Positions 24,152 to 37,377 of a stretch of 64,000 nt of DNA are shown here, one piece after another. How positions within the stretch are numbered: the first letter of the stretch is position 1; each line of letters opens with the position of its first letter. Source of the DNA: Ptychomitrium polyphyllum (taxonomy: Eukaryota). The position numbers and the translations under genes are program-made. Where the stretch lies: NCBI GenBank assembly GCA_973851085.1, contig OZ316776.1:9362001-9426000 (forward strand). The letters are read 5' to 3'. The notes under the pieces were generated by a model. That model searched no databases. It worked only from the letters and a program-made list of their open reading frames with translations, and was not told the origin of the DNA.

Positions 24152-25535
24152 CATGAGGAACAAGGGTATTCATTCACATATTTTGCTGTGACCATGTATG
24201 GATGCCAGAGCCAAGGATTTGAAAGAAGTTTGAAGTGATTCAGGCATGATTGTTGTTGATCCCACCTCTCATGCTAAGAAAGTTGTGAGGTGGGTAAGTG
24301 ATAATTGTACCACTGACTTGGTCACAGCAGAACTGTGGGTAGCCATAAGTAATAATCAACCTGTAGTCCTTCATTGGACCAACAATAATGTATTCTTTGA
24401 TTGAGCTTAACCTGTGTACCTTAAAACCTAATCCCCATGCTCATGCAAGGCCCCAGAGCAGCCATTCTGGGTATTTTCCCAAGGAAGATATCCACCATAC
24501 CTAATTTGGAAAGTTAGATTTTCACATAGATTCGCACACAATGTGCTCTTCATCTTTGTGAAGAGTTATTAATCCTTCAAGCATATGCAACCGTGAGTAA
24601 GGTTTCCCATTGGCTAATGACTTACAAGTATTTTGTTTAAAAACCTTTTCACTTTGATACTTCTATTGTACAGTTCTAGAACAACTCTAGTCCTGTCATT
24701 TTAAAGGCAGGTATGAATTAACCATGTGGTTCCTCATTACTGGATATCAACTATAGTTTTAAAACTAATATCACAACTATAAACGAAATCATATCTTTTC
24801 CTATAACTATAAGATTCAAGCCTGTAACTATCCACAAAGCTTCCTAATATGCCAAAAAAGTTTCTGTGGTCAGTAAAGTATATCCTAGTTTAAAAGAATG
24901 CGAAGAAGACTAGGATTAATCCAGGGCTTTCTCCCCAATCACTGCACAAGACTCCACTGAGGGTACAGAGTTCAAATAAACACAACCGAATCTGACGTTG
25001 ATTTTAGTGGTCCAATAGACAACCAATAATGCATCCCCTGCACTGATTATGCTCAACCCGCACCTCACACAAACCTCATGGAAGAGCGACCAGCGAAGAA
25101 AACTACACAAACAAAGCTGCTGCAGTATATTCCCAAAGCACACAACCCTGCGCTAGAGTGAACTACATCCATCCAAACCTCCAGAACGTCATCCAAAACG
25201 CACATATGAGGACTGATATGCCTCTGTTCTCATCCAATCAACCTCGTTTGTTGCTTCATGGAAGCTGTGAACTTGAACGCCTCCGACCATGAGAAAGCTC
25301 CAGGATTGCACGTTGTCGAGGACTTGGAGGGGGGTGTGAGTGCGCTGGGTACATCGCATGGTGCTGCTGCCATTTCGTTCTGGTGTATTTTCTCAAAAAG
25401 AACTTTGGTGGGGTGAAGGTGGTGGACGGTTTAGTGTTTGGGCTCTTTGGAAGGCGGAGAGGGTTGGTTTGGAGAGGTGTGGGTGCTTCGGCATTGTGGT
25501 GCGGTTTGAGTGAATTGTAGTTGGAAGGAGAAGAG

Positions 25536-27761
25536 ATGGGGCGGAAGGCGGGTGTGATTGCGCTTTTTGACGTGGATGGTACGCTCACGCCTCCTAGAAA
25601 GGTGAGGGGTTGAAACGTTTGCGTACCTCCTATGTGTGCCAATTCTTTTGATAAACTTGTTTGTGGGTTTTTCCAAGATCGGATCTGGAGAATGTGTGTG
25701 GTGGAGATCTTTTTCTTTCAAAAAACTTGAAGTGTTTCGTGTTTTCCCCTCCAGCCCATTCTTGCGCTTTCTCGCGTTTCTTTAGATCTACACTTTTGTT
25801 CTGGTATGTTTTGGAGATTTTTTGAGATGGATAGTTTAGCTTTGAGGTGGTATTTGACGTGTTTCCAACTTGCTTTTGGCAATGTGGTGGGGAATATCTT
25901 AGCTTCTTCCTTGTTATTCTATGGAGGATCAACTTTTGAGTCCATACTTGATGTAGTTAGATTACACCCTAAAGCTTGAGTAGATTTGTCCTTTTCTGGA
26001 ATTTCTACAGATTCAGTTTTTCACTCGATTCATGGTGCTTTACGTTTTGGGATTTACAGGATGTATCAGCTGACATGCTGCAGTTTGTCCAGGACTTACG
26101 TAAGGTATGTGGCTTTGTTCTTTCACCTATCCAAGCAACAATCCATATTTGCGATCTCTCTTTGCAGAATCTGTGTTATTGTGATGTGATAGTGCATGTC
26201 TTATAGCAATTGTTCTTCGTATGTTGAATGTTGAGATTAATATTTTACCTGATGGTTTTTGTGCAGGTGATTACTGTAGGTGTTGTGGGAGGTTCTGATC
26301 TCATTAAAATCTCAGAACAGCTGGGCAAAACTGGTATATTCAAATTTTCTGCCTACCCTCTACGTTCAAGCTACTACTGAACTGATCATGAAAGTGATTT
26401 TGTTTAAAGAGTATATGTTGTTATTGTGAGCTTACAATAGCTTTCTTGTATGCAGTTATTGTTGATTACGACTACGTGTTTTCTGAGAACGGGTTGGTTG
26501 CCCATAAGGAAGGAAAGCTTATTGGAAACCAGGTGCCTAAAAACTTCCCTCTTACTTATCTCACGACGTAGAGCTAGTTAACGTTTTGTTTTACTTCAAA
26601 TCATCTGTTCACCGAAGTTCTTAGAGCCCTAACTATGTGGGGTTGCAGAGTTTGAAGGCGCACCTGGGTGAAGAGAAGCTGAAGGAATTTATCAACTTCG
26701 TGTTACATTACATTGCTGATCTTGACATCCCCATCAAGAGGTGAGCTGCCTTTTATTCGATAGGGATAGGTACATTGGCCTTAGCGAGCAGTAGAGATTG
26801 CTGGCTAGATTAGCATTTCAGCTGAACTTCTTTTGTAATCAGCATTATGTTCTAGGTCTCATTTTGTCTCTCATGTCTGAGCTAGTTGAATCCTGGGACA
26901 CGCAAATGAAGCTGAAGCGTTTTTCCTTCATCCTTTGGCTTACGATCTGAACGTACTTGCTTCGACAGAGGGACATTTGTTGAGTTTCGTATGGGCATGC
27001 TCAACGTTTCCCCTATTGGCCGCAACTGCAGCCAGGAAGAGCGTGACGAGTTTGAGCGTTATGATAAGGTATTGCGTGCCGACTCCCGAGACATCCTTCG
27101 TCACCTTTGGAATTCAATTCCATGGTTATTATCTGACATGTCGCTTCAGAAAGTGTCTGAAAGTAGCCAATAAGGACCAGTGGAGACTTAATTTTACCAT
27201 CAAACAGTTAACGATATCCAATATGCAACACAATTGATGTGCAGATTCACAATGTGAGGAAAACGTTTGTGGACATTCTCAAGAAGAAGTTTGAGGACTT
27301 CAGCCTGACATTCTCCGTTGGTGGTCAAATCAGCTTTGATGTAAGTTGGGAGATCAGTTCATGCACTTATGTTAATCCTTGGGATAATTGTTCAAATAAT
27401 CCTGTTGCTAAGATTGGTCTCTCAAATTTGACCGTCATGTATGATCTCAGGTGTTTCCTCGGGGATGGGACAAGACATTCTGCCTGCAGTTTGTTGAGAA
27501 TGAATTTTCAGAGATCCACTTCTTTGGGGACAAAACCTACGCGGTAAGCCAATTATCCTCTTAATACTCTACAACTCATCACCATTCTGAAGCTCAGGTC
27601 AATAATATCATCTGGTTTCTTGCATGTTTATGACCTCACAGGGTGGCAACGACCACGAAATTTTCGTGTCTGAGAAGACGATAGGCCATACGGTAACAAG
27701 CCCTGAGGACACCATCAGGCAGTGTTCCGAGCTGTTTCTCTCCTGCAACATTCCCAACTAG
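25536..27761 (+). CDS. PMM: Phosphomannomutase (HAD superfamily, eukaryotic PMM)
   Basis: Exons 25536-25601, 26060-26104, 26267-26333, 26456-26532, 26649-26740, 26969-27068, 27245-27340, 27451-27543, 27642-27761. Motifs: LFDVDGTLT (HAD DxDxT), [72 protein letters not shown]. Confidence 0.97.
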
Positions 27762-30207
27762 TGAAGACCTTCTAGAGCAGATTGAACTAGTAGAGAGCAG
27801 CCTCGGGGGATTCCTCTGGTCCCTATTTCATTTGTAACCTTGACTTCCCATTTGCAGTCTTTTTGATGATATCCTTTGACATTTGATGTGCTCTAATATA
27901 GTAGTCAAGTCTCAGATTTACGTTGGTCAGAGAGTTATGCCGGTTATCTTTTGGTTCTAAACAACCGTAATCTCATCATCTGACATATGTCATGTTCCAT
28001 CATCTTATACACAGTAACACATTTCTATCCTAGTCAAAATCCGATTCCCAGGCCCAGCTCAGCATTAATGTCTCCACGTCTGTAGCAGAAAATTTGTAAA
28101 CTAGTTGCTTGTGTGGCTAACTCAGTTTTCCTTGAGTTCCATCTTTTTGTGGTCAAAGTGGAATCTAGGTGCTGAAACATTGGTACTGGATCAGATTGAG
28201 ACGTTGACATTTGGACCCAGATGGCCCATTCACTCCAGCCAAGCATCAAGCAGGTGCATTGGGTAAGGTAACATAGAAAGAATGTTATTCAGGGATAAAG
28301 TTTTTACAATCGAGGTGGAACAGTGTTTGCTTCATTGAACATTGCAACATGAAGCAAAGTACTTGTTGGGATGCGGTCCGGGAAGGGATGCTACAGGTAC
28401 TTGCAGTTGCGCGAGACAACAGTGTGCATTGATCCATTCAGAACAAAAACTATTTTGAGAGTTACTGTGACGCAGACGTAATTTGTGGCAGATTTGGTTT
28501 GTGAGGCAGGTGGGGTGTGAATGCCCCATGAGATGCTGCAGTCTGCCTCAGTTTTTATGAGCTTCCGACAGCGCTTCCAGCTGGAATTGCGGAGGAAAAA
28601 AAAGGTCATCTTAATCGAGGGGTTACTTTAATCTTTAATTATCATTTGACACAAAAGGAAGGGTGGGTGCGTTGTATTCCTTAAACAGTAAGGTTCTGTA
28701 ATGAGTACAAAGAAGATATGATCTGGTCCGAAGTGCTAAAGAGTACCAGTGCTTGCCAAACATGTAAAGCAAGCTGGGCCAGCTGGCTTGTCCTCCATGA
28801 TACAATCAGCCTTTGAAGGGATTGAACGGCTGAGCTGAACACGTCAACATGGACCTAGAAAACTTCTTTATCATTTCTTTACGAAACCTGCCTGAAGACA
28901 TGAATCTCTATAGCTGCGGGATCCTGCACTAAGGTCTGACAGTATTAAAACTGTACTTCATTCCTCTCAAAGTGCTAGACTTTGCTAAACATTGTATATT
29001 GTAGAATGTTGATCATCGTCTTCATGTTTAATTGATGGACCCAATACTTCTTAAATCTTTTACATGATCCTATGTCACATGAAACCATCACATTATATAT
29101 GTGTCATAATATCATCATACATAGTGATTTTTCCATTTCTTTATAATTTGTAGATTTTGTAAATTGTACAAATAATATGGAATTTGTATGGAATTTGGGT
29201 CAATGTCCTTGCCATATCACATTTTTTTTGGTTGTATAAAACATATTTGTAGATTGACAAGTTAACCAAAAAAATTATACATACTAGAGTATATGGCTCT
29301 ATTGTTGAAGTGATATAGGCTAATGTACTTAAAAGATGTTTCAAAAGGTCACGTTAGTTGTGGATTTTAGTCATTAAATTTTTCCAAACCTAAATCAAAT
29401 TGCACTTACTTTTGTATCTTGCTATTCTTGGTCTTTAGGTTCCACTAATCTCCTTAAACAACACTCATGACTATCAACCAAAACTTTTGTTGTTGAAAGA
29501 TTCCAACCTCAAATTTAGTAATTATTAAGTATTTCAAAACATCCTCGAGAAAAGACCTAGGAGACACTAGGAATGATGTAGCCAACTTCTAATAGAATGA
29601 CCAAAGTTTGAACCTTTGAATTAAGAGTAATGTGTGAAGGGCAATTCCCAAGCATTTTTCAAACTTTTCAATGAGGATGGACTTGGAATTGAAAAACTTC
29701 AATTGCCTCTCTCTTCAAACTTTTAAATGCCAAAGGTTGTCAAAGTTGAAAAGTTTGCACGATGCTTGTATTGATGAAGGCTCGAACGTTGTCTAAATTT
29801 CAAGATTGGATCTTGTCACAAAATTAGTTAACAAATCTTGCTTGGAAATTTACATTTTTCATAAGTTTCACCCATTCCTGAGCTAATCTAAACCACTCTT
29901 TGTTTTTATTAGTGCGCATCCACTTTCGGTTTATTTAAGCCTCTACATATTCATTAAAGTAAAGCTTTTCACCTCAACTTTAACAAAAAGTCTAACAACA
30001 CGTACATCAGTAAACACAAACATTCAAAGGGAATTATTTCTACTCCAAACACAACATTAGATTCTTAAATAAAAAAGAACAAAATCTACACTAAGTAGAA
30101 TAAAGAATGTAAACACAGAAGTTCAGACAAGCTAGAGAGGAACTTCTTCAACCTGCTGTAGGAAAATACTCTTCGATGAAGGACTTGGCACGGAATCAGT
30201 AATGCGG

Positions 30208-30274
30208 AGAGGAATTAGGCCAGTGGAAGTCATTTCCATTAGTCTGGGCCAGAGGAATTAGGCCAGTGGAAGTC
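30208..30274. repeat. 24-bp direct repeat (AGAGGAATTAGGCCAGTGGAAGTC) x2, period 43
   Basis: Identical copies at 30208-30231 and 30251-30274. Confidence 0.9.
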
Positions 30275-33132
30275 CATTTAACTCAATTTTGTTACAAAGC
30301 TGCCAACCATGGGGAAAGTGTGGGCTTCCTTGTATTCAGGAGGTTCTTATTACAGAATTCAACTTTCTCGAAGACACGTGCAATCAAAGCGTTCACAATG
30401 TAGCCCTTGTGCATATCTCCATCATTCAGTCCAATCATGCCATGGAGGTTCTCAATCGCTTGATCATGAGCGTCTTGTGTCCATGTAACCAACAGGCTTT
30501 TGCAAACGTTGAGGCAAACCACAGCAAACTTCAGCAATTCACTGAATGTGGCGCATGTCTAGAACTTATTGCTTTCAAGTATAGTGCTCTGAAACCCAAT
30601 TGAACGTAGTATTACATGTTAGAAAAGTATGTTCCAGATTGAAAATAGAAAATAACAAAGTACTCACATCGTAGGTTCGTCGGTGATTAATTTGAAACAA
30701 GAGTAATGAAGTAGTTTACAGATTTTAAGACCAGAATGTCGAAACTGGAAAAGTTAATATATTGTTAATGAATGCAGTTAATGAGCACAATGAGACTTTC
30801 CGGTGGCACTTGCCTTTCATGTACATAAAGGTAAACATAAGCATTAGCTAGTATTACAAACATGAGAAAGTTGAGGAGAGAATATCAGTGCATGTTTTGG
30901 TAGTTACAACTTTATGGTACACAATCTTTGCATCTCTAACCATATAATGTGTACTTGTGGTTGTCTGTAGGGAGAAATTCCAAAAGCATCTGCAGCACAA
31001 GGTATGAATTTTATGTTATCTTTAATTAAAGCGGTCTTGAGAAAAAATCAAAAATAAACTAATGCACCACAAATGTTGACCACAACAAATAAATAGAGTA
31101 GGATTGAAAAAATGACTTTGTCTTGCAAAATGATTTGATTCTTGAAAAGTCTTATTGTGCTTTTTGAAGCCTAAGAGGATGTAGATTGGACCAAGTAGCA
31201 AGGTGTTTTTAATAGCCAAGGTATTTGAGCAAACTTCATTCATTGGAAAAAACTGTTATTGGTTATTATTATTGCTTGTTCTTACAATTCTTCTTTTTTA
31301 TGTAACATCAACAAAATCAACTTTGAACATTTTTTTTTCTTTTCAAAATTTGTACTTTTGATGTCAAAAGTTGAATACATAAAAAAAAAAAAACTAAAGT
31401 TGACTGAGGCCTTCAACTCACCTCAACTTTATATTTCTATAATTTGCTACTTCTAACAAAATTTAGTTGGTTTAATTATATAACTTTCAACTTGGTCATT
31501 GGATCAAGGTAAAAGGCTCTTAGCATGTAACAGATTCTATAAAGCACCTTTGAACAAATTGCAAGTTAATTAAAGATGAAATGAAAAAGTTATATTTATT
31601 AAAAGTCAAAAATATTAGGAATGTATAATTGTACAATAAAACACAATTAACAAATTGTAGCCTTTGCAACTTCATAAGACTCTTTAATGTTTCAAATAAA
31701 AAGGTCTTCTATCTTCTTGGACTTTACAACCTTTCTTTACATAATTTAATTTCAAAACGTAACTCTCATTTGCAATTGAGATTTTAATAAATTGAAAGAT
31801 CAAAAGATTTTTTAATTTACTTAAAGGAATATAATACAAATAGGCAGTTTCATGTGATATGAATATAATTGTAGTAGAGTATATAAGAAGATTTGGTCAT
31901 ATAAATCTTCTTTCAAACTATTTTGTCATTATTAAGAAAGTCAATTAAAAAAGTCTAAAATGTTAAATATCTAAGGTATTTATTATATTTATATATATAT
32001 ATATATATACATGATGAACTATTGGCAAAAAGTGATGTATTTAGAAACTTTTAGCAAAAGTTGGACCTATAACAATACTCAAAATACATGACACCTACAA
32101 CTAAGTTTTGACATTCCAAAAGATTGTTAAAATCCATTTTTATCGAAAACTCACACTTCTAGTTCAGTACCTCAATTTCAACAAATGTCAAAATGCTTCT
32201 GTGCTACTGACCATTCTCCTTCACAGGAACTGTGTGCAAGAAAGAGGGAACATGAATTTTGAGGTGTTATCGATGAGGACAATTTGGGGCCAAGATTATA
32301 ATAGGCAATCGCCTTCCACACGTGTTCATGCCTCCACATCACCTACAGTCCTCCGTCCTACAAGATGGGCAGGAATCTCATGTTGAACCTCGTCGGACGA
32401 ACTTGCCCTATTTAGCGTCCACGTCGACGCTTGTCTAAACTCGCTGTTTGCCAGCTGCATGCACCCTGCGCCGTCCGATCGAGGCCGCACAGCATCTCAT
32501 CCGTCCGCCACTGTAACTGTCCTCCCAAGGTTCCATCCTCGCCGTCAGATCCACTTCAGTTGCCCCAGCCCGTCCGATCAGAACCGAATCTCGGTGAAAA
32601 ACAAAGACGTGCACGAGATTATGCTGGGCTAGGTGCCGTGTGCCGTCCGATGGCGCGATTGACATTCGACACGTCAATCGATAGGACAGTGGAACCGTCT
32701 TTTAAGAAGAGAAGGAAAAGAGAACCATCATCGCCGTCGGATGGAAACCGTCGGACGGATCTCAGCCTCCCGAACCGAAAGATAAGGAAGGAGCTGCAAG
32801 CAAGACGAAGGAAGAGAGGAGGCGAAAGAAGCTCGTGTTGGCGAGGTGTCGGTGAGGATTGCTGATCATTGTTGGCAGGGTCGGAGGCGCTTGCAAATCG
32901 GCATGTGAGGAGATTGATAGAGGGACTGATGTGCGAGAGCATTGTGTCAGGCGGAGTTGGAGCTTTCTTTGGTGGGTGTGAAGAGCGGGGAAGCGTTAGG
33001 ATGGTGATTCTCCTTTTGAGAGTTTCTACCCGGTGGTTTTTGTAACGTTTCTTGCAAATGAACTTGTCAAACTTGAGTGGTCGGAATCTCCTTCCGAATG
33101 GAGGCTTCGAGGTCGAGGACACAGGTCTTGTG

Positions 33133-33165
33133 AGGTTATGCGAGGTTATACGAGGTTATGCGAGG
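33133..33165. repeat. 10-bp tandem repeat GAGGTTAT(G/A)C x3
   Basis: gaggttatgc gaggttatac gaggttatgc gag, within the putative long 5' leader of the glutaredoxin-domain gene. Confidence 0.8.
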
Positions 33166-34517
33166 CTGTGTAGTTGAGTTTTGGAGCTTCAATTGGGGCT
33201 GGTGGGGTGGAGAGCGAGAAGGCGGGGTGTGGTGGGGTGGCTTACGAGTTTCCGGGTGGTGTCCTTGTTACAAAATGGTTGGGTTTCTGCTTTTGGTGAA
33301 CGTCTCGAAGGATTGGAAGGTGCGGAGTGTTGGCTTGGAGTGACTGTGAAGGGGGTTCGTCGTGGTTTTGACGAAGTGGGCGTTTGCGATGTTTGATGTT
33401 GCGTTGTGTAGTGGCAGCGGAGATGAGGTATGGCTCCTCTCTCTTGGCGTTTTGGGAACTCTTTGATTCTGTGTTTTGCTAATTACCGGCCATTTGGAAT
33501 TGGTTGCCGTATTCTTCCTATGTCCATTTTGGCCATATCTGGAAATTTTGGGAGCGCTGGGTATGATGAGCTTTGGAGCTTCTTACGACAAGGATGGTTG
33601 TTAGTGTGTAGGTAGATCTGGGATTTGTTCATTTCCTGTTCGGGTCATAGCTGCTCCAATCGCTTTTTCGCAAACTCAGTTGTCCTTGGTTTGTTTTGAA
33701 GCCTTTATTCTGGACTCACTCTCAGGCGGTCTGAGAGGTGATGTTACTCGCAACTTTGTCTCGGTCATTACCTTCAAGCTGCGTTGGAATCGTGATCCTC
33801 AGCGCAGTGATCGAGCCCAGTCTGGAAGTGCTTGCGGATTATGGCAATTTAATCTGCCGAATATCGCGTTGTAATGGACGTCCTGTCTTGAAAACTAGGA
33901 TTCTGTTTCAGTCACTTCGGTGATACGCGCTGCATAGGTTTAGTTTTCATCTTCAGACTTACGATTACTGATTCGATAGACTTCAAAGTGTAATCCTAGG
34001 AATTCTATATTGCTGATTTAAGTAAGGAGGTCGTGAGTCGTGACCTCGCATATTTGTGAAAAGACCATGAGAATTTAAGTACGCTACTGATGAACTCCTT
34101 TTGATCATCTTCGATGACCTCCAAAAAGTTGGAGGAGCTGTAGCAATGTATTGGTGTCGTGCCATTGGGATCTTGTAAAGATACCTTCATCTGTAATGCG
34201 TCAGAGCTGGTGTTCGTTAATGTCCCACTTAACCTTCCATTTTCCTCCACCACCCACTCAAATGTGAACGCAAAAGACAACTTCAGTGACCTAACACAGC
34301 TGTTGTGCTTCAGGAGTCTTATACCTTGTTCGATGTTATGATCTAGAGCTTAGATCACAATGGAGGCGTGGATGGAAGGATCCAGTAGAGGGAAATATGA
34401 TGGAAGAATTTTTAAGCAGGTACTCTTTTAGGGTGATCTTCTTTCTTGACGAAAGGCCCTCGTGCGTTAGCTAAGTGTGATTGATTTCCTCATATCACCA
34501 ATACAGGAAATAAAAGA

Positions 34518-37377
34518 ATGGGGTGCCGTGTGTCCAAGAGCGCTTTAGAACCTCGTACAGTAACAATAAAGCTTTCAGGTTGTAGCAAATTATCTCGAAC
34601 CTACTCGTTACCACTTCAGTTGGCTGATGGAGAGTTTCTCTCAAGGAACCCCAGGACTGAGACTGACCATGTGGTGTCCCTCACGTCCAGTACCTACGGC
34701 TCCTTACGTTTAGACTCTCTGCCCAATCAAGGGGAGGAACGTACTAGAGCCAACAGTGGTAGCATGAGAAATGCGACTTCTGAAAAGGCCTCTGGTCGAA
34801 GTGGAAACATTGAGACTTTGAAGTCTCTGAAAGGTTCCAATCACAATCAGGTGGAAACCATCAATATGTGGGAGCTCATGGAAGGTGTTGAAGACGAGAA
34901 GGCGGCACTTCAGGTGTTACGTGGCTTGATGGGAAAACCAAAGGTGTCTGGGTATAATAGTGTGAAGCGATCACCTCGCGTATATCATACACTTGAAGAC
35001 GTGGATAGTGTTTTGAATGTCAGAAGATCTCTTAATTCAGACTATAGTTTAAGGAGGGGATCTTCGATGGACTCAGTCGATGATAAAAAGACTGGAGTAC
35101 TTTCTCCAGTGCTGCTAAAACGGCGTTCTCGGGCTCTGCAGATTAGTCAAGAAGTCATCGAAGAGTTAGACGATCTGAGGAGAAGAAACCTCTCTCGTGG
35201 TCAGGTTTTTAATGTTACAAGAAGCAGAAATCTTTCTCAGAGTCAAGAGTTTAACCCCACTGAAAGGAGTAATGTTTCCCGGAGCCAGGAATTCCCTTCT
35301 AGAGCAAGACGTAATCTCTCCCAAAGTCAGGACCTTGACTCTGTTAGGCGGATCAACCTAACCAGGAACCAAGAGCATGGTTCTAGAAGAATCAGAAATC
35401 TTTCCCGCAGTCAGGAATTCGTTAGACTTTCCTTGGACGAGCCGAGGGATGGTTTTGCTAAGCGCCATTATCCTGAAACTCTCAGGACCGTTCAGATAAA
35501 AGACGAGAGAAGAATTGCTTTGTTGAAACCGGACGTGGTCTTGCGAAGCCCCATGTTGAGAGGTTTGAGCGGACAGAAGAGGTTTGTGTCTTCTGATGCT
35601 ACCAATATTGAAAAGAGAAATCAACCTTTGTTGCAGGGTCAGGCTCAACCTGTTGCTGAGTGGAAAACCACCTTGCCTAGAGCTCCTGGCTCCACGAAAG
35701 TCAGCTTGAACCTCAACTCACCCGAGAGGAGGTCCGGCAAAGTACTTGAACCGAGAGTTGCATCTGCTGTGGCAGCACTTTCAAGACTTGGAGAGCAAAG
35801 GTCAGCATCATCGGCCCGATCTATGTCTGAAAGAAAGGCGGAGGTTTTCCAGGATCAGTCATCCAATTTAGCTAAGGCAGACTACAGTGTCTCGAAGATT
35901 CCTGCGTATGGTTCTGTTGCGACAATTGCAGAGAATACCCAGTTGATTGTACCTCAGGATAATGACCAAGATGGACAAAAAATATCCATCGTGAGGCAGC
36001 AGACTGATCGGAGTTCTGCGTGGACGACAGCTATCAGTAGCCAAAAGGAACAAAGTGTCCCAATGATCTCATCAACTTCTGAAGCACCTTTTCGAAGGCA
36101 AGCTTGTGAAAAATCTTCTACACCACAGGATATGAGTTCTCAAGGTGTGTTCTGCAACTCAGAATAAGGAAATCTGCCCTTGATTACGTAAGCCTTACTA
36201 TGCGTTGTTGCTAGATTTTGAGACAATAACCATGTTTGCTCGAACTATCCCAATCTGTCCTCTTTGCTTTGCTTCTTGCGTGTCACCTTCTATAGTTGTT
36301 TGATTCTAGATGCTCTTCCATGGCAAGTTCGTAATTGTCATCAGGAACATCTGCTGACTTTATGTTCTTTTTCCCACAGGGGAGCCAGAAAGTCTATTGA
36401 ATGATCCTATCAGTTCGGGCTACGAGCTGGTTACGAAAGCAGAAGTGGCGGAGGCTGTTTTAAGAAGTGGGTCACTGCCAGCGGAGCAGCGAAGGCAAGG
36501 CTATGCGAAAAGTAATTCCACAAGTGACACAGACACTAACAGAAACACGTCGTGGAGTTCGAATTGTCGTGATAGTCCACCACTTGATCCGGAGTTTCTG
36601 GCTTCATTCGAAGAAGCCCTAGAAATGTTCACTGCAGATGACTGGTGCACTGTTCGAATTGGTAAGAGTGATGGTGTCGCTGTGGCTTCTGGAAGCACCT
36701 CAGATGCTGACAGTACATCTTGGCTGCGCGAGTCAGTGGACCATCTGGACAACCTCGCCGGAGATGCCAAGTTGAATAGGTACGAGATTCTGGAAAACCA
36801 CGTGGAGATGCCTCATGTGTCCCAACCGAGAAAAATTGCGTCCTCGAAGGTCGCGCCATTGTTTCTGGTCGAAGAGCTTAAAAGTACCAAAACAAACACT
36901 TTGGAGAATTTCGAGAAGAAATGCCCTCCAGGTGGCGAAGCGCGGTGCGTCCTGTACACTACGAGCTTGCGAGGTATACGAAAGACGTTCGAGGATTGCA
37001 GTCACACGAGGAGGATCTTGCAGTACTTTAATGTGCAGATTGACGAGAGGGATATCGCTATGCATGGAGTGTTCCGCCAAGAAGTGAACGACCTCGTGGG
37101 ACAGGCAGCGCCTGTGCCAAGGTTGTTCATCCGAGGTAGGTACATTGGAGGCGCGGAGGAGGTGGTGCAGTTGTTTGAGGAAGGCAGACTGAGCGTGGTG
37201 CTGGAGGATCTACCCAGACAAATGTCGCATGCTGTCTGTGATGGTTGCGGAGGCGTGAGGTTTGTTCCGTGTGCCTCTTGTTGTGGGAGCTGCAAGGTGG
37301 TCTCGGAGGAAGGCGGCGTTGTTTGCTGTGAAGAGTGTAATGAGAACGGACTGTGCCGATGTCCGCTGTGCCTCTGA
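34518..37377 (+). CDS. Glutaredoxin-domain protein with C-terminal 4xCxxC Cys cluster (At5g39865/At3g28850/THRUMIN1-like family)
   Basis: Exons 34518-36144 and 36380-37377; the phase-1 intron GTGTGT...CACAG joins the two long ORFs in frame. N-terminal MGC (acylation motif), DHVVSLTSSTYGSL, ETINMWELMEG. C-terminal CPPGGE..VLYTTSLRGIRKTFEDC, PRLFIRGRYIGG, CDGCGGVRFVPCASCCGSCK...CEECNENGLCRCPLC. Confidence 0.93.

Noticed and set aside
30208..30274. Repeat-spacer-repeat pattern resembling a CRISPR array
   Set aside because: Only two copies, eukaryotic context and no cas genes; a simple local duplication.
32431..33400. 144-167 aa ORFs and G-rich tracts upstream of the glutaredoxin-domain gene
   Set aside because: Low-complexity GC-rich promoter/5'UTR sequence; the G-runs have loops too long for a convincing quadruplex.
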